37,940 nt of DNA from Octopus bimaculoides (lineage: Eukaryota): contig NC_068982.1 of assembly GCF_001194135.2 (NCBI RefSeq), positions 171,247,743-171,285,682 on the forward strand. The letters are read 5' to 3'. The position numbers and the translations under genes are program-made. The notes beneath the pieces are model-generated. The model ran no database searches, was not told the origin of the DNA, and saw only the letters and a program-made list of their open reading frames with translations. Shown here piece by piece: positions 33,921 to 37,940 of this stretch; position 1 is the stretch's first letter, and every line of letters starts with the position of its first letter.

Positions 33921-34781
33921 AGCTCACAAAGAGTATTTTGTAATGGTAGGTCATGCGAGATTATCATGAGAGAAAAGGAAATTCGATTCCTCACCTAAGA
34001 GGCTATTAAACAGCAAAGATTGTGCTAGAGAACGGTAACATTTCTATTAGAGATCTGATAGTTAGTGGTAAAATCCAGCAATATTATTGATGTTTTTGTA
34101 GTGTGTGAGCATCAAATTGTCTCTCGTATGTAATGGTTCGGTAATGCAGAAGTGTAGATACATATAACGTAGATCTGTTCAAAAACACTGAATCCGTGGA
34201 GTAGTTACCAATATTCCAATGTCATAGTCTGCTAAAATATTATCATGTCATTATTTTATTACTAAGATCTCATTGTTTCTTTTCTCTTAGTTTATCCTTC
34301 TCAATGCAAAGTCTGGAGATGGGAATTTAGCCAGGTTAATGTCACTGTATATAAAACTGAAGCTTTGGTCTCAACGCATGATAAACCTCTGACATTTTCT
34401 TCAACAATGACATGAGAATCTAGTGTTATTAAACTTCTGTCATTGTGTGTAATACATGTGTAAACAAAGCAAGGGGTTACAAAAAGAAAGGTTTTTGGTG
34501 TCTAGCACGACTTTGATCTTCTTTTCATATTATCAATCCTTACCACGTATTCTGTCATACCGCAATAACTTGAAACGTTTATGGTACTGGTTAACCCAGA
34601 CGTAATGAAGTGAGAAGATAATAAATTTTCCTAATTTAACATGAAGCAGGAATCCAAAATTGCTTTCAAAATATTTTCTCTACTGTATTATGAGGAAGTG
34701 TATTAAATGCATTAAACGCGATGCAACAATATATTAAAACTATTAGAATAAGTCCTCCCATCTCAATAATATATATATATA

Positions 34782-34943
34782 GGTGCAGGAGTAGCTGTGT
34801 AGTAAGAGGCTTGCTTCCCAACCACATTGTTCCAGGTTCAGTCCCACTGCGTGGCACCTGGGACAAATGTCCTCTACTATATCCTCGGGCTGACCAAAGC
34901 TTTGTGAGTGGATTTGGTAGGTGGAAACTGAGAGTAGTCCGTC

Positions 34944-34946
<3 letters not shown>
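34782..34946 (+). mobile_element. tRNA-derived SINE, family 1, 5' half (CORE-like segment), followed by (TG)n and a gap
   Basis: A-box-like TAGCTGTGTAGTAAG, B-box-like GGTTCAGTCCC, and CORE-like GGCACCTGGGACAAATGTCCTCT. Closely matches the reverse complement of 32781-32940. Confidence 0.82.
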
Positions 34947-35001
<55 letters not shown>

Positions 35002-35489
35002 NNNNNNNNNNNNNNNNNNNNNNNNNNNNNNNNNNNNNNNNNNNNNNNNNNNNNNNNNNNNNNNNNNNNNNNNNNNNNNNNNNNNNNNNNNNNNNNNNNN
35101 NNNNNNNNNNNNNNNNNNNNNNNNNNNNNNNNNNNNNNNNNNNNNNNNNNNNNNNNNNNNNNNNNNNNNNNNNNNNNNNNNNNNNNNNNNNNNNNNNNNN
35201 NNNNNNNNNNNNNNNNNNNNNNNNNNNNNNNNNNNNNNNNNNNNNNNNNNNNNNNNNNNNNNNNNNNNNNNNNNNNNNNNNNNNNNNNNNNNNNNNNNNN
35301 NNNNNNNNNNNNNNNNNNNNNNNNNNNNNNNNNNNNNNNNNNNNNNNNNNNNNNNNNNNNNNNNNNNNNNNNNNNNNNNNNNNNNNNNNNNNNNNNNNNN
35401 NNNNNNNNNNNNNNNNNNNNNNNNNNNNNNNNNNNNNNNNNNNNNNNNNNNNNNNNNNNNNNNAAAACAAATAATAAATGAGTATACGC

Positions 35490-36400
35490 ATATATACGTA
35501 CAAGTATGTGCATACCAACATCTTCTTGTATATATAGGTGCATATCTGGGTACAGGACATTGCAAACAAAACGTAGACAAAAAAATGATAATAACCAGAG
35601 TACAGAAAACACACAGGCCACATAGAGAAAATTTTCCTTCATCAGCTGCCCCCATTCTAACACAGGCCGGCGTACGTACCCCTGTCGTTTATATGTAAGT
35701 ATACATTTTTCTAAATCTTGTATGACTCTATTTCTCACCCTTATTCGTTCATTCCACTGTTCGTTCTTTCGTCCCACTTCGATCACATTTCCTTGCCTTC
35801 TCTTCTCCCTCCACTTTTCACATCACTGTGTCTCTGTCATTTTTTCTCGCCCCTCCTTAATTCTTTTGTCCCTTTCTCTCTTCTCTTCCCACGTGACAGT
35901 GTTCCGCCAAGCCTGACCTTTCTTTCTTGGGCGGCCGTTAAGCGTGCAACATCGTTATTCCTCCCTGTGCCTGTAAAATCTTGTATCCCGGCTGTAAGGC
36001 TTTATTTCCATATACGCCAGATTAATTTTATTCGTCCTTAGTCGAAAGACATCTGTTGGTTTATCCTGTTATTATTCCTACTGTATTTGTACTACTGCAT
36101 TTGTGTAACATTGTTTTTTTTTTTTTCCTTGTTTTTGTATACATTCGCTGCTTTCTTCCAAAGAATCTAATGCTCTTAGCTTAGCTTTTCCTTGGGGTTG
36201 GCCAGATTGGAGCAATATCGAGAATAACCAACCGAAATTGCAAAGATAATCTGGATCTCGACTGATGAAAGAAAACTCCGAATGACCTGACCGTGTTTTC
36301 TTTCTATCGTCTGTCTATCTGGATGTCTTGTCCCTTTCTTCTATCACCTAACTGTCGTGATGTTTTGCATTCTTGTCCCATTGTGTATTATATATATATA
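35490..36400. repeat. Unclassified pyrimidine-rich interspersed repeat(s), possibly Penelope-like terminal sequence
   Basis: Two divergently oriented modules share CTGATGAA.GAAAA..GTGTTTTCT..ATGTC.TGT.CCC (35645 minus, 36262 plus). A relative lies at 37684-37830. No coding motif was recognised. Confidence 0.35.
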
Positions 36401-36835
36401 TATNNNNNNNNNNNNNNNNNNNNNNNNNNNNNNNNNNNNNNNNNNNNNNNNNNNNNNNNNNNNNNNNNNNNNNNNNNNNNNNNNNNNNNNNNNNNNNNNN
36501 NNNNNNNNNNNNNNNNNNNNNNNNNNNNNNNNNNNNNNNNNNNNNNNNNNNNNNNNNNNNNNNNNNNNNNNNNNNNNNNNNNNNNNNNNNNNNNNNNNNN
36601 NNNNNNNNNNNNNNNNNNNNNNNNNNNNNNNNNNNNNNNNNNNNNNNNNNNNNNNNNNNNNNNNNNNNNNNNNNNNNNNNNNNNNNNNNNNNNNNNNNNN
36701 NNNNNNNNNNNNNNNNNNNNNNNNNNNNNNNNNNNNNNNNNNNNNNNNNNNNNNNNNNNNNNNNNNNNNNNNNNNNNNNNNNNNNNNNNNNNNNNNNNNN
36801 NNNNNNNNNNNNNNNNNNNNNNNNNNNNNNNNNNN

Positions 36836-36900
<65 letters not shown>

Positions 36901-37940
36901 ACATACACGTATGCTCTCGCACACACATACATACACACACACACAAAGAAGCATAACCATATATATTTATATCTGTCTTCATTCACATGTATTCATGCAT
37001 ATATACATACGCAAAAAAAAAAACAAAAGTTGGAGGGAAGAAGGAGATATTATGTTGATCAAGAAAAAAGAAATAAATTTTTCGGTGTTCTCATTTTGGT
37101 ATCAGATCTACTTACCAATATCGTCTCAAACGCACGCATTTAGTTCTTACACATAATGTACATACATACACACACGCCCTCACCCACATAATATATATAT
37201 ATATATATATATTCCCGGTAAGCTTCTTTTTGATTCCACTATCTACTCTATACTGTTTTATTCCTCTATCCGTCTCTATTTCCCTTTTTCTCACCTCCCT
37301 CCATCACCATTTTTATCTGTCCATCTCTTTCGATGCTCACACGTGACCATCGTTCATCTTTCTTTTCCTCGCGTGACTATCTTTATTTACCTGCACTGAC
37401 GTTTAAATGAACGAATGTTTTTCTCTCTCTCTTCTATCCTTACTTTTTTCAAAAAAAAAAAGCATTTCTCCCAGCGTTCACTATCTTCCTTTTGTTCTGG
37501 TCTAATGACCCTCCATCTTTATTTTCGTTCGGTTTCTTTGTATGTCTACACTCTCATTTTTGTTCCCAACTTTGACCCTCCACATTTCCTAAATTTTATG
37601 TTAGAATATATGGGAGCAACTGTCTTTGAAGACTCATATTACCGTTTAATCCTCGAAATGAGGAGTAGACAGACAGCCGACAACTGATGAGGGTGTCCTT
37701 TCTTGTCTTAACGTCTTCTGCTTTACACTTTTTTCTCGTCTTTACGCATTTCACTCATTGTCCCTCATTTGTTTGCGTATTTTATGTTATTTGCATCGTT
37801 GGTGACGTCCTGTGCTCATGTCCCATTCTGTATTATTTATATATGTGTGTGTGTGTGTGTGTGTTGTATGTGAGTGTGTGTGTATGTGTGTGTGTGTGTG
37901 TCTGTGTATATATGTATATATATGTATGTATATATATATA

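Overview
AT-rich, microsatellite-dense eukaryotic genomic DNA from a gapped short-read assembly (7 N-runs, most flanked by simple repeats). The SINE-like repeats resemble cephalopod (Octopus-type) families; this is from recall, not a database search. No host gene could be identified with confidence, and almost all of the supplied ORFs are translated microsatellites or gaps. The window is a transposon graveyard. It holds seven Tc1/mariner-superfamily elements: one full-length decayed copy, TIR-bounded deletion derivatives and a 583-bp foldback made of two inverted 3' ends. It also holds three 3' fragments of restriction-like-endonuclease (RLE) non-LTR retrotransposons, two of them stacked in (TAA)n as Dong/R4 elements do, a Penelope-like GIY-YIG remnant, and many tRNA-derived SINE copies. 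The best observation is an intact type I hammerhead ribozyme at 2498-2552 (+). It is followed immediately by an imperfect antisense copy of itself (2557-2591) that could fold the ribozyme into an inactive hairpin, suggesting a co-transcriptional on/off switch. Several eroded hammerhead-like motifs occur elsewhere. All calls were made by eye; folding and homology searches were not run.
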